In this document: positions 1-12,041 of the stretch, one piece after another
Position numbering within the stretch: position 1 is the stretch's first letter
How the letters are laid out: every line of letters starts with the position of its first letter
Assembly: GCF_018350175.1 (NCBI RefSeq)
Contig: NC_058383.1
Location: forward strand, 26,476,001 to 26,540,000
Length of the DNA: 64,000 bases
Source of the DNA: Felis catus
Taxonomy: Eukaryota
Direction of reading: 5' to 3'
The notes under the pieces: model-generated
What the model was told of the DNA's origin: nothing
Database searches by the model: none
Seen by the model: only the letters and a program-made list of their open reading frames with translations
Translations under genes and position numbers: made by a program

Positions 1-296
1 CTGGTAAAATGCTAAGCAAGGCCTTAAAATAAATATGCTTGTGCATCTGGGCTTGCCGTCTTATGCCCCTAACCATCTCCACGAAAGGAACACAACTCAA
101 GAAACCTGCAGATCTCAGGAGAGATGTGGGAAGTAAGACTTAAACCCATGGCTTGGTGCTAAATCCAACCGACCCCAGTCACCTTCAGCCAATTCACTGA
201 TGTGAATGAGCAAGAAAAAAACATAGCGGCTAGCATATGCCAGTGAGAGTCGATTGGGGGATTGGTCGTAATCTAGCAATATAGCTAAGGAATGCA
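1..296 (+). mobile_element. Old MaLR (MLT1-like) LTR fragment
   Basis: Resembles the 3' half of MLT1 LTRs, ending ...TAGCAATATAGCTAAGGAATGCA. Confidence 0.45.
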
Positions 297-1049
297 TCCA
301 TTATGGTCGCATATTGTTACTGGTACTTGAGAGAATGCTTAACAAATATAAACAAGTAACACAGGAAGAGTGCCTGGTACCTATTAGATACTCAATATCA
401 ATCACTTTCTTTTTACACTTCCACACAGTGTCATTTCTGGAAAAGGAAGACATTTCTTTGAGTGTTAGTTGGCCTTTGGTTCTGGTCTGTGCCTCTTTCA
501 ATAGGTTTTCATCTGGGATTCAATCATTTCCACTGGGTTGATCACATTATTCCAGGCTTCAAGAAAGAAATTAAAATCAGCCCTCAGCAGCATGGGCTAT
601 GGACTTAAAATTTAAAGAGCTGAGGTTTCTGGCATGGGATTAGGGTTAGATTTATGGAAATTATCAAAATACTGACTTTTTGCTCAGTCGTACAAAACAG
701 TACCTCAAATCTGTCTGTGAACTTCCCCCTTTATTTTATTTGTACCTTTTATGTGTGTGCTGAGGCTATAATACAAGGCGACTGCTGTATAATGGGCTCT
801 TGCTGCTTGTAAACGCCCAGGCCACACCACAGACATTGTTTGCATAGCAGGAGACATTGATCTCATGACACTGCCCAATTACAGTGACTGTGTGTATTAT
901 ACTGACTGACCGAAGGAGCTAAAATTCCCTGGACTTCAGGGTTCTGTTCTTGGGCAGCTACCCTTTCAGAAGCTCAGGGGGTAAGGCTGTTGTGTTAGCG
1001 TAAGCTTACTTGCTAAATCAAGAGGGGGCTACAGCCTAGATTTGCCACT

Positions 1050-1172
1050 TAGTACGGACCAAGACCAGCGGTGTTGGCATGACCCAAGAACAAGTTAGAA
1101 ATGCAGAGTCTCAGGCCTAGCCCCAGACCTAATGACTCAGAATCTAAATGTTAACAAGATCTCCAGGTGAGT
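1050..1172. mobile_element. MER5A-like hAT MITE fragment
   Basis: GTTAGAAATGCAGAGTCTCAGGCC...CCCCAGACCTAATGACTCAGAATCT...TTAACAAGATCTCCAGGTGA motif. Confidence 0.75.
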
Positions 1173-1610
1173 CTTTTTTTCCTCGGTTTTGAAAATTGAG
1201 ATCTAATTTGCATACTGTAAGTTTTCCTTTTTGAAATGTAAAATTCTGTGGTTTTTAGTATATTCAGAAAGATGTGCATCCATGACTACTATCTAGTTCC
1301 AGAACATTTTCATTAGCCCAAAACAAACATCATTCTCATTAACAGTCATACCCCTTTGCTCCCTCCCCCAGTTCCTGGCAACCTACTTCCTGTCTCGATA
1401 GATTTGCCTATTCTGGACATGTCACATACATAGACTCAAATATTCTATGGGGCACTGGGTGTCAGTTGGTTGAGCATCTGACTCTTGATTTCAGCTCAGG
1501 TCATGATCCCAAGGTCGTGGATCGAGCCCCATATCAGGCTCTGGGCTGACAGTGTGGAGCCTGCTTGGGATTCTCTCTTTCCCTCTCTCTCCACTCCCCA
1601 CCCCACATCT

Positions 1611-2246
1611 CGGTGCAGCCACTCTGGAAAACAGTATGGAGGTTCCTCAAAACTCTAAAAAGAGAACTACCCGACGACCCAGCAATTGCACTACTAGGCA
1701 CTTATCCATGGGATACAGGTGTGCTGTTTCGAAGGGACACATGCACCCCCATGTTTATAGTAGCACTGTCAACAATAGCCAAAGTATGGAAAGAGCCCAA
1801 GTGTCCATCAATGGATGAATGGATAAAGAGGATGTGGCATATACACACACACGCACACACACAATGGAGTATTACTCGGCAACCAAAAAGAATGAAATCT
1901 TGCCATTTGCAACTATGTGGATGGAACTAGAGGGTATTATGCTAAGTGAAAACAGTCAGGGAAAGACAAATATCATACGACTTCACTCATATGAGGAATT
2001 TAACATATAAAACAGATGAACATAAGGGAAGGGAAGCAAAAATAATATAAAAACAGGGAGGGGGACAAAACAGAAGAGACTCATAAATATGGAGAACAAA
2101 CTGAGGGTTGCTGGAGGGGTTGTGGGAGGGGGGATGGGCTAAATGGATAAGGGGCACTAAGGAATCTACTCCTGAAATCATTGTTGCACTATATGCTAAC
2201 TAATTTGGATGTAAATTTTTAAAAATGAAAAATAAAATTAAAAAAA
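1611..2246 (+). mobile_element. Young felid L1 3' end (ORF2 C-terminus, 3'UTR, A-rich tail)
   Basis: Encodes [29 protein letters not shown]...PMFIVALSTIAKVWKEPKCPSMDEWIK (L1 ORF2 C-terminal domain) and retains CpGs. Confidence 0.92.
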
Positions 2247-2745
2247 CATCCTATGGCTTTTTGTGTCTTGTTTCTATCACTTAGCCTAATCTTTTCAAAG
2301 TTCATCCATATTGTAGCATGTATTAATACTTCATTCTTTTTTATGGATGAGTATTATTTCATTGTATGGAGGTACCACATTTTGTTTATCCATTCATCAC
2401 TTGAGAAACATTTGGGTTGTTTTCATATTTTGCCTATTAACTGCAATGAACATGTAAGTACAAGTTTTTATGTGGACATATGTTTCCATTTCTCTTGGGT
2501 ATATACCTAGGAGTTTGCTAAGTCAAATGGTAACTTTATGTTTACTCTCTGTGAAACTGCCAGACTGTTCCTAAACTGGCTACACCATTTTGCGCTCCCA
2601 CCAGCAGTATTTGAGGGTTTCAATTTCTCCACATCCTCAACACCTGTTATTGTACTTTTTTGTTGTTGTTAACTGTGGGAAAATACATATCACTATAGAA
2701 GTTACCATTTTAATCATCAAAAAGAATTGTTTAATGTTTATTTGT

Positions 2746-2782
<37 letters not shown>

Positions 2783-3021
2783 CTAGCAGGGGAGGGGCAC
2801 AGAGAGAGGGAGACAGAGAATCCAAAGCAGGCTTCAGGCTCTGAGCTGTCAGCACAGAGCCACTCGCAGGGCTTGAATTCATGACCCTTGAGATCATGAC
2901 CTGAGCTAAAGTCAGACACTTAACTGACTGAGCCACCCAGGCGCCCTTATTTGTTTCATTTAGCACACTGAATTCCAATTTCACCCATGTTGCAGCATGT
3001 GTCAGAATTTCCTTCCTTATT

Positions 3022-3274
3022 GGGCACCTGGGTGGCTCAGTCGGTTAAGCGTCGGACTTCAGCTCAGGTCACGATCTCGCGGTCCGTGAGTTCGAGCCCT
3101 GCGTCGGGCTCTGGGCTGATGGCTCAGAGCCTGGAGCCTGCTTCCGATTCTGTGTCTCCCTCTCTCTCTGCCCCTCCCCCCGTTCATGCTCTGTCTCTCT
3201 CTGTCTCAAAAATAAATAAACGTTAAAAAATTTTTTTAATAAATAAAATAAAAATAAAATAAAATAAATAAAAA
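3022..3274 (+). mobile_element. Young CAN-SINE with TSD AGAATTTCC(T/A)TCCTTATT
   Basis: Full head, CT tract and tail; TSD copies at 3004-3021 and 3275-3292. Confidence 0.9.
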
Positions 3275-4852
3275 AGAATTTCCATCCTTATTAAGGCTGA
3301 ATAGTCTGCATACACCACATTGTGTTCATGCATTCGTCTGTGGATGGATGCCTGGGCTGCATCCCTGGTTTAGCTATTGTGAATAATACTGCTTAGAACA
3401 TGGGTGTAAAACTACCTTTTAGAGACCCTGCTCTCAATTCTTTGAAAGCATTGAAATTCAGAATTTCAGAAGTAGAATTTCTGGATCATATGATAAATTT
3501 ATGTTTAATTTTTTTTTTTTTTTGAGAAACCTCCATACTGTGTTCCATAGCGACAAAACCAATTTACGTTCCCGCCATCAATACACGGTGTAATGTCCCT
3601 ACGGCCTTGCCAACACTTGTTATTTTCTGTTTCCTTTGAGAATAGCCATTCTAATGTGTGGAAGGTGATATCTCATTGTGGTTTTAATTTGCATTTCCCT
3701 AATGATATTGAGCATCTTTTTGTGTGCTTAATGGCCATTTGAACATCTTCTTTGAAGAAATGTCTATCCAAGTCCTATGTTCTTTTTTTTTTTTTTTTTT
3801 TTAGTTTACTTATTTTTGAGAGAGACAGTGGCAGTGTGAGTGGGGAAAGCGCAGAGAGAGAGAGAGACAGAGACAGAGAATCCCAAGCAGGTTCCGTGCT
3901 AACAGCGTGGGGCTGGAACTCACAAACTGTGAGATCATGACCTGACCCGAAACTAGGAGTCGGATGCTTAACCAACTGAGCAACCCAGGCATCCCCGGTT
4001 TGTTCAGTTTTTAATGAGGTTGTTTGTTTTGTTGCTGTTGAGTTTCAGGAGTTCTCTGTATATTCTGGATATTAGTCCCTTGTCAGATACACGGTTTGCA
4101 GGGGCGCCGAGATGGCTCAGTCGATTCAGCGTATGACTCTTGATTTCGGCTCAGGTCATGATCTCACGGTTTGTGACATGTAGCCCCGCATCGGATCTGC
4201 ACTGACAGTGCAGAGCCTGCTTGGGATTTTTCCTCTCCCTCTCTCTCTGCCCTTCCCTGGCGCTTTCTCTGTCTCTCTCAAAATAAATAAACTTGAAAAA
4301 AAAAAAAAAGATCTACGGTTTGCACATATTGTGAATTGCCTTCTCGTTCTGTTGACAGTGCCTTTTGATGCACAAATATTTTTTAATTTTTATGAAAACA
4401 ATCCATTTATGTTTTCTTTTGTTGCCTGCACCTTTGGTGTCCTAGCAAAAAAACATAGCCAGATTCAATGTGGTGAAGGTTTTGCCCTATCTTTTCTGCT
4501 AAGAGTTTTATTGTGTTAGCTCTTGCATTTAAATCTTTGATTCTTTTTGTGCTAATTTTGCACATAGTGGTAAATGAGGATCCAGCTCCATTCTTTTACA
4601 TGTGAATATTCTGTGTTCAGAGCCAGTGTAAAGTGCTCTGTTCTTATCCTTACGTAACCCTGACCTTATCCTTACCCCTTCAGTGGTCTTCCATGTACTA
4701 CCACTTTTTTAATACTTTATTCATCATAGTTTTGTTTTGTTTTGTTTTTTAAGTAAGCTCTAGGCCCAATGTGGGGCTTAAACTCATGACCCCAAGATCA
4801 AGAGTCACATGCTCTACCCAGTGGACTAGCCAGGCACCCCTCTTCTTCATGC

Positions 4853-5237
4853 TCTTAAAAACCAAAAGTCAACCAAGCAAGTTGAAAGAGCAAACTGGCT
4901 TCATTCAATGAATCATGAATCAGAACACCCCTCAAACAAAGAGAAGCTCCAATGAGCTGTACAAATGGAAGTCTTTCATAGGCAGAAAAGGGAAATTTTC
5001 CAACCAAGAGTAGATGGTTTCAGGAAGGTCACCTTCTTTAGAGGGAAGGAGGCTTCTATCCTGCAGATTACCTCACTAACACTGACCCAGGTCATTCCAT
5101 GTTGACTGGTTCAAGGTTACATTCCTGGGAGAGGCTGAAGCTGCAGTTAAGTTAGATATTAAGTCTTGCTTTGCTGACATGGGATTTAGCACAAGTGGCT
5201 CCATTTTGGGTCTGATGTCTTTTTTTTTTCTTTAACA
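4853..5237 (-). mobile_element. Solo LTR A (ERV1-like)
   Basis: Minus strand begins TGTTAAAG...CCCAAAATGGAGCCAC; flanked by ATGC/ATAC (4-bp TSD, 1 mismatch). Confidence 0.7.
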
Positions 5238-5241
5238 ATAC

Positions 5242-5871
5242 TGATGGGATTTTAGAGTGATGGGGGTCTGGAGCCAATGGTCAAGAAAGAATTCTTGAAG
5301 ACATCTTTGGTGCAAAAAGTGATTTTATTAAAGCACGGGGTCAGGACCCGTGGGCAGAAAGAGCTTCACTGGGGTCGTGAAGAGTGACTGGTTATATATT
5401 ATGGAGTCGGGGGAGATAAAGTCTAGAGGAAGTTTCTTAAAGGGATTTTCATATACTAAACGAGATTCACAGACTGCTGGAGGCCTAGCTCTTGTCGAGC
5501 CAAGGCTACCCTTCCCTCCAGCAAAGCAGCAACATTAAGACAGTAGGGAGTTCCTGGATCTACCTTTCCCTCTTGTCTTTTCCCCCCACATCACTGTGGA
5601 GCGGAGGGTAATGTTGGGGCTATAGGTTTTTGGAGCTTAGTTTATTGATAAGATTGTCTTTTTCTTGTAATTTACCAAGATATTTGTAAACTGGTGGAGA
5701 CTCAGTTCTTGTGAGTTCTAGCAGTTCAACCATTTAGTTTCTGTCCTTTCCTTTGTTCTTGGGCAGCCAGGAGTGCCTGAGTGACGTCAACACACATCCT
5801 ACCTGGGAGGTGGAGGGGGCTGTGTTGTTACCTTGTGCTTGGCCTTCAGCTTGAGTTAGGCTCCCTCATCA
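5242..5871 (-). mobile_element. Solo LTR B (ERV1-like)
   Basis: TGATG...CATCA termini; polyA-signal and TATA-like elements on the minus strand; TSD ATAC (5238-5241, restored at 6217-6220 once LTR C is removed). Confidence 0.85.
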
Positions 5872-5872
5872 A

Positions 5873-6212
5873 TGTTATGCCCAGAATTCGTGATCCCCAA
5901 AGACCACTAGGGAGCCGAGTCTGATGTAAAAGCAAAAGAGCCTTTATTCGAGCTAGCTCGAGCTCAATCCCCTACCTGCACCGCCGCGGTGGTGAGATAC
6001 CAGGGAGAGAGAGCGAGTTTCAAAAGGACAAAGGTTTTATTGGGGCCCAGGGGCAGTTGGTGAGGTAATGGCTATGGCCTCAGCCGATTGGCTGGGGAAG
6101 GGTCTGAGTCTTGTTAGGCAGGTGAGGGGGGGATTACTCAAGGGGAGGAGGTGTGGTCAAGGTGAAGGACACAGAACAAGATGGAGTCGGCCAGCGTAGG
6201 CCTGCCCTTTCA
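5873..6212 (-). mobile_element. Solo LTR C, young felid ERV LTR (340 bp)
   Basis: Minus strand reads TGAAAGGGC...CCAAT...AATAAA...GGGCATAACA; perfect 5-bp TSD ATCAA (5868-5872 and 6213-6217); CpGs retained. Confidence 0.9.
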
Positions 6213-6220
6213 ATCAATAC

Positions 6221-6390
6221 CACTAATTACATTGAATTGTAATTGCCTATTTACTTATCTGTCTCCCCCACTAAACTACAAGCTCAATGAAAGCAGGAAC
6301 CATGCATTTCTTGTCCCCTCCCCCCCCCCCACTGTATCTCCAGCACTTGACCCAGTCTCTGGAATAGAGTAGATAATCAGAAAATATGTA
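6221..6390 (+). mobile_element. L2 3' end (host of LTRs A-C)
   Basis: TTTACTTATCTGTCTCCCCCACTAAACTACAAGCTCAATGAAAGCAGGAACC...CACTGTATCTCCAGCAC is typical of the L2 3' end. Confidence 0.75.
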
Positions 6391-7263
6391 TTAGTGTGAT
6401 AGAATAAGAAATGTATTTGGGGCGTGCCTGGGTGGCTCAATCGGTTAATCATCCGATTTCAGGCTCAGGTCATGATCTTGCAGTTCATGGGTTCAAGCCC
6501 TGTGTCAGGCTCTGTGCTGGCAGCTCAGAGCCTGGAGCCTGCTTCAGATTCGGTGTCTCCTTCTCTCTCTGGCCCTCCCCTGCTCACACTCTGTCTCTCG
6601 AAAGAAAGAGAAAAAAGAAAGGAGGAAAGGAAAGGAGGAAAGGAAAGAAAGGAAAGGAGAAATGTATCTGATCTTTGTTCCAGGTTCCTTGCACAGAGCT
6701 CCAAATACTCTGGAATCTCCAGAGAGATAGGAGCATCCTTTGTTATTCATAACAAGCCCCTTTCATCAAATGTGAGTTTCTACTAATGAGGTGACAATGG
6801 ATGGGGCCCTTTAATAACCTCAGGATGGGGCTGGTCATTCTAAAGACCTGAGCCTGTGATTAGAGGGTGGGAACCTCCCCTCCAGGGAGGGGAGAGGAGG
6901 GGGAGCTGGAGATCCAGCTGTATAAAAACTCTGGAACACAGAGTTCCAGAATTGGGTGAATTGCCAAGTTGGTGAACACATCAAGCTGCAGGGAGGGCGG
7001 TGCACCCAAGGAGGGCACGGACGCTGGCTCCATGCACCCTTCCTTCCATACGTTGCCTGTGCATCTCTTCACTGGTGTGTTCCTGATTTTTATCCTTTGT
7101 AATAAATTAATAAAAATAAGTGAAGTATATTCCTGAATGAAACATTCTAGCAAATTATTAAACTTCAGGAGGAAGTTGTGAGAACCCCCAAATTTGTAGC
7201 CAGTGGGTCACAAGTTGTGGGTGACTCAGAGCTTGTGCCTCACATCTAAGTTGGGGGCAGTCC

Positions 7264-7809
7264 TCATGAGGGGGCATAAGGCAAGCTAAAAGCCCGAGCT
7301 AACAACACCCTGCCCCGCCCCCCTCTGCCAAATGGGATCTGTGTGATATTCCTCAGGCGCTCCTGGCTGCCCCAGGACTAAGGAAAGAAAAATAAAACCA
7401 ACAGTTAACTGATAAAGAGTCTCCATCAGTTTACAAATAGCTCAGTAAATTAAAGAAAAAGGCAATCTTATCAACAGCCTGGTCTCCAGGAACTCCCTAC
7501 TTACTGTCTTAACGATAAAGCTTTGCTAGAGGGGAAAATAACCTTAGCTAGACAAGAGCTAGGCCTCCAGTATCCTGGGAGTCTTTAGCGTCTGAAAATC
7601 TCTTTAAGAAACTTCCTCTTGACTTTGCCTCCCCCTACTCTATCGTATATAACCAGCCCCTCTTCACAACCCCAGTACAGCTCTTTCTGCCCTCGGGTCC
7701 TGTCCCTGTGTTCTAATGAAATCACCTTTTGGCACCAAAGACACCTCAAGAATTCTTTCTTGGCCATCAGCTCCTTGACCCCTATCCCTCCAACCCCCCA
7801 CCCCCATCA
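7264..7809 (+). mobile_element. Solo LTR D, related to LTR B and in the opposite orientation
   Basis: TCATGAGG...CCCCATCA with 4-bp TSD GTCC (7260-7263 and 7810-7813). Shares CTCCTGGCTGCCC, CAGTTTACAAATA and CAATCTTATCAA blocks with the reverse complement of 5242-5871. Confidence 0.85.
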
Positions 7810-8136
7810 GTCCTGGGGCACCTGGCTGGCTCAGTCAGTAGAGCGTGCACCTCTTTTTTTAAAATTTATTTTATTTATTTATTTTTTATTTTTGAGAGAA
7901 AGTGTGTGAGTGGGGGAGGTGCAGAGAGACAGAGGGACAGAGAATCTGAAGTGGGTGGGCTCTTTGCTGTCACCAGGGAGCCTGACTTGGGGGCTTGAAC
8001 TCAGGAACTGCGAGATCATGACCTGAACTGAAATCAAGAGCCATCCAGGCACCCTTAGAGCATGCAACTCTTGATCTTAGGGTTGTGGGTTCAAGCCCCA
8101 CATTGGGTGTAAAGATTATTTAAAAATAAAATTTTA

Positions 8137-8377
8137 GGGGCGCCTGGGTGGCGCAGTCGGTTAAGCGTCCGACTTCAGCCAGGTCACGATCTCGCGGTCC
8201 GGGAGTTCGAGCCCCGCGTCAGGCTCTGGGCTGATGGCTCAGAGCCTGGAGCCTGTTTCCGATTCTGTGTCTCCCTCTCTCTCTGCCCCTCCCCTGTTCA
8301 TGCTCTGTCTCTCTCTGTCCCAAAAATAAATAAAAAACGTTGAAAAAAAAAATTTTAAAAATAAATAAATAAAAAAT
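8137..8377 (+). mobile_element. Young SINEC_Fc-type SINE
   Basis: GGCGCAGTCGGTTAAGCGTCCGACTTCAGCCAGGTCACG head; TSD AAAATAAAATTTTAG. Confidence 0.9.
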
Positions 8378-8587
8378 AAAAATAAAATTTTAGGAGCATC
8401 TAGGTAGCTCAGTCTGTTTAGCATCCGAGTTTGCCTCAGGGTGTGATCTCCCAGTTTGTGAGTTTGAGCCCCGCATCGGGCTCTCTACTGTCAGCACAGA
8501 GCCTGCTTCAGATCCTCTGTCCCCCTCTCTGCCTGCCCCTCCCCTGCTCACTCTCTCAAAAATAAACATTAAAAAAAATAAAATCTT

Positions 8588-8820
8588 GGGGCGCCTGGGT
8601 GGCGCAGTCGCTTAAGCGTCCGACTTCAGCCAGGTCACGATCTCGCGGTCCGGGAGTTCGAGCCCCGCGTCAGGCTCTGGGCTGATGGCTCAGAGCCTGG
8701 AACCTGTTTCCGATTCTGTGTCTCCCTCTCTCTCTGCCCCTCCCCCGTTCATGCTCTGTCTCTCTCTGTCCCAAAAATAAATAAACGTTGAAAAAAAAAA
8801 TAAAATAAATAAAATAAAAT
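8588..8820 (+). mobile_element. Young SINEC_Fc-type SINE
   Basis: Near-identical to the 8137 copy; TSD AAAATAAAATCTT. Confidence 0.9.
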
Positions 8821-9851
8821 AAAATAAAATCTTAAAAAACAAGTGGGGACAGTCTTGTGGGATACAGCCCTTTAATTTGTGGGATCGGACACTTACTCCA
8901 GTTAGCATTAGAATTGAATTGTTGGACAGCCAGTTGGTATTGGAGAATCAGAGACCTGGTGTTGGGAAAAAAAAACTCCATGCAGCCAGCTATGTAGGGG
9001 ATAACCAGTAAATACTAAGTATTTTTATAATCATTATTACCAGCCCCTTACTCCAACCAACCTTTGCAAACTGGCACAGAGATATGTGAGTATTTTCCAT
9101 GTGTGTTTCCTTGTGCGCAGATTTTAAGCCAATTTAGACATTCATGTTTCTGATTAATGAGCTAGAGATAATGATTGAACCTGAGGCCAAATCTTAAGAT
9201 GGCTCTTTGAACTTTTCTGAAATTGTCTACTTTAACACCTTCGGGAGGAAAATGCACCAGGGTGAGAACATCAAGGCAAAGAACTTCCTACCCATTTAGT
9301 GATCAAAATGTAAAGGATAAAAACCCATCTTAAGATTAAAGCAGTCTTCTGAATGTGGGAGAAGGAAACAGGAGATGGTTGGGGGGAGGGTGGCATTTGC
9401 AGCTGATTTAATTGAATATCTCCTTTTCATCCTTGGCTGCTAAGATTAATGTTGATTTTGAAGGCAGGATACAGTGGCTGGGAGAAAAATTCAGCATGAA
9501 GTTTGCTGGAAACAACTATAGAAACTGTAGAGAGATCAACTTAGATATCAACTGTAGAGAGATCAACTCAATTCAAGGCCAGACTAAGTCCTTCAGCCCC
9601 TTTAATCCCTTGAAAATATTGCTGCTGTAATGTCGTGTATCTTCCTGATGGGATGCACTCTGAGGGACAGGTCACCTATGAAGTGCTCTTGCCCCAAAAC
9701 AGCCTGAATCGAGTCAAGGCTCTAGAAGTAACTTTCCAGTTTGCCAGAAAGACAGGGGAGAGAGTCAACACCAGGAAGGGGCCAGACACATTTGGAAGGT
9801 GGAACATCTTTCATGACAACTGACCTGATTATTTTAAAGGTAAATGTCAAT

Positions 9852-11115
9852 CATTTCAGAAAGTTCATTGTTAGTGTAAAGAAACACTACTGATTTTTGT
9901 ATGTTGATTTTCTATCCTGCAACTTTACTGAATTTGTCTGTTAATTCTAATCACTGTGTGTGTGTGTGTGTGTCTGTCTGTCTGTCTGTGGCGTGTTTAG
10001 GGCTTTCTTCCCATAAGATCATGTCATCTGGAAAAAGATAGTTTTGTTTCTTCCTTTCCAGTTTAGATGCCTTTTATTTCTTTTTTCATGTCTAATTTCT
10101 GTGGCCAGGACTTGCAGTACTGTGTTGAACAGAAATAGTAAGAGTAGGGGCACCTGGGTTGCTCAGTCAGTTAAGTGTCTGCCTTCAGCTCAGGCCATGA
10201 TCTCACTGTTCATGAGTTCGAGCCCCGCGTCAGGCTCTGTGCTGACAGCTTGGATCCTGGAGCCTGCTTTGGATTCTGTGCCTCCCTCTCTCTCTGCCCT
10301 TCCCCTGATCATGCTCTGTCTCTGTCTCTCAAAAACAAATACACATTGAAAAAAGAAAGAAATAGTAAGAGTGGGCATCATTGTCTTGTTCTCAATCTTA
10401 GAAGAAAAGCTTCCAGTTTTCTAACATTAAGTATGATGTTACCTTTTCATACATGGTCTTTGTGGTGAGGTAAATTCCTTAAATACCTAATTTTTAAAAA
10501 TTTTTTCCAATGTTTATTTATTTTTGAGAGACAGAGACAGAGTATGGGCTGAGGAGGGGCAGAGAGAGAGGGAGACACAGAATCGAAGCAGGCTCCAGGC
10601 CCTGAGCTGTCAGCACAGAGCCTGACCCGGGGCTTGAACCCACGAACCGTGAGATCATGACCTGTGCTGAAGTCGGACACTTAACCAGCTAAGCCACCCA
10701 GGCGCCCCATTAAATACCTAATTTGTTCATAGGTGTTTTATCATGAAAAGGTATATTGTATTTTATCAGATGCTTTTTCTGCATCAGTTGAGATACTCAT
10801 GAGATTTTTATCTTCATTCTGTGAACGTGGTGTAGCTCATTGATTGATTTGGGTATGTTGAACTATCCTTGTATCCCAGGGATAAATCTGTCTTGTCAGG
10901 GTATATGATTCTTATAATGTGTTGTTGAATTTGGTTTGCTAATACCAGATGAGGATTTTTGAATCTATACTCATCAGGGATATTGGCCTGTAGTTTTCTT
11001 GTAATGTCTTTGTCCAGCTTTGGTATCAGTGATGCCAGCCTCATAAAATGAGTTTGGGAGTGTTCCTTTTTCTTCTACTTTTGGGGAAAGTTTAAAAAGG
11101 ATTGGTATTAATTGT
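9852..11115 (-). mobile_element. L1 ORF2 (RT region) fragment, antisense, with two SINE insertions
   Basis: Minus-strand peptide ASLIPKLDKDITRK...LANQIQQHIIRIIY is degenerate L1 RT. Confidence 0.85.
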
Positions 11116-12041
11116 ATAACCTAGATGAACTTGGAGGACATTATGCTAAGTGAAATCAGACACAGAAGAACAAATACTAGGTGTTTTCACTTCTATCAGA
11201 AATCCCAAACACTCAAACTCAGAAGCAGAGAGTAGAATGGTAGTTTCCAGGAGCTGGAAAAAAGGGGAATCCAGGAGGGTGTTGGTCTGAGGGAAGAGTT
11301 TCAGGTATGCAAGACAGAAAAGTCCCAGAGATCTATAATACAGCATGTAATGTATAGCACATACAGCTAATGATAGTGTATGATATCTGTATGATATTCT
11401 TTTTAAGGGGATAGCCCTATTTTTTGAATGTTTTTGAAAAATGTTTAATATTTATTTTTGGGGGAGAGAGAGAGAGAGAGAGCATAAGCAGGGGAGGGGC
11501 AGAGAGCGAGGGAGGCACAGAATCCAAAGCAGGCTGCAGGCTGTTAGCAAAGTCTGACATGGGGCTCAAATCCATGGACCACGAGATCATGACCTGAACC
11601 AAAGTCATGTGCTTAACTGACTGAACCACCCAGGCACCCCTATTTATTTATTTTTGAGAGAGAGAGTGGAGGAGGGGCAGAGAGAGAGGGAATGAGAGAA
11701 CCCCAAGGCAGGCTTCACGCTGTCAGCACAGAGCCCAATGTAGAGCTTGATCTCTGGAACCATGAGATAGTGACCCCAGCCGAAATCTAGAGTCTGAGGC
11801 TTAGTTGACTGAGCCACCCAGCTGCCCCTGTATTATATCATTAAAAATTTGTTAAGAGGGTAGATCTTATGTTAAATGTTCTTATCACTAAATGAAGGAA
11901 GGAGAGAGGAAGCTTCTGGAGGTGGTGGTTACGTTTATGGCTCTAGTTATTTACGGGGACAGTTTCACAGATGTAAACTTACCTTCAAACTCGTCCAAAT
12001 ATATACGTTAAATAATTACAGTCTGTTTTGTGTCAAAAAAT
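11116..12041 (+). mobile_element. L1 3' end, sense, with two SINE insertions
   Basis: GATGAACTTGGAGGACATTATGCTAAGTGAAAT...AAGAGGGTAGATCTTATGTTAAATGTTCTTATCAC. Confidence 0.8.

Larger units (their letters stand above)
1175..4615 (-). mobile_element. Old L1 (L1M-type) 3' fragments, antisense, interrupted by SINEs and a younger L1
   Basis: Typical antisense L1 3'UTR/ORF2 text (TTTGTTTATCCATTCATCA, GTGGTTTTAATTTGCATTTCCCTAATG, GAAGAAATGTCTATCCAAGTCC). Probably more than one element. Confidence 0.8.
6395..8980 (+). mobile_element. MER21-like LTR, fragmented by SINEs and LTR D
   Basis: Segments 6395-6417, 6660-7263 and 8840-8980 match recalled MER21 text (GTTATTCATAACAAGCCCCTTTCA, GTTGGTGAACACATC, AGAATTGAATTG). 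Confidence 0.8.

Noticed and set aside
1565..1930. 121-aa ORF as a host gene
   Set aside because: SINE sequence fused to a truncated L1 ORF2 C-terminus.
5242..7809. LTR B and LTR D as the two ends of a provirus
   Set aside because: They are in opposite orientations, have different TSDs, are clearly diverged, and have no gag/pol between them.
8137..8220. tRNA-like A and B boxes suggesting tRNA genes (here and at many other sites)
   Set aside because: They are SINE heads followed by CT tracts, A tails and TSDs; no intact cloverleaf was identified.
8137..8820. Two near-identical SINEs sharing a CCGGGAG variant, suggesting local duplication or conversion
   Set aside because: Each has its own TSD and the same variant occurs in the copy at 46129-46380, so it is more simply a subfamily marker.
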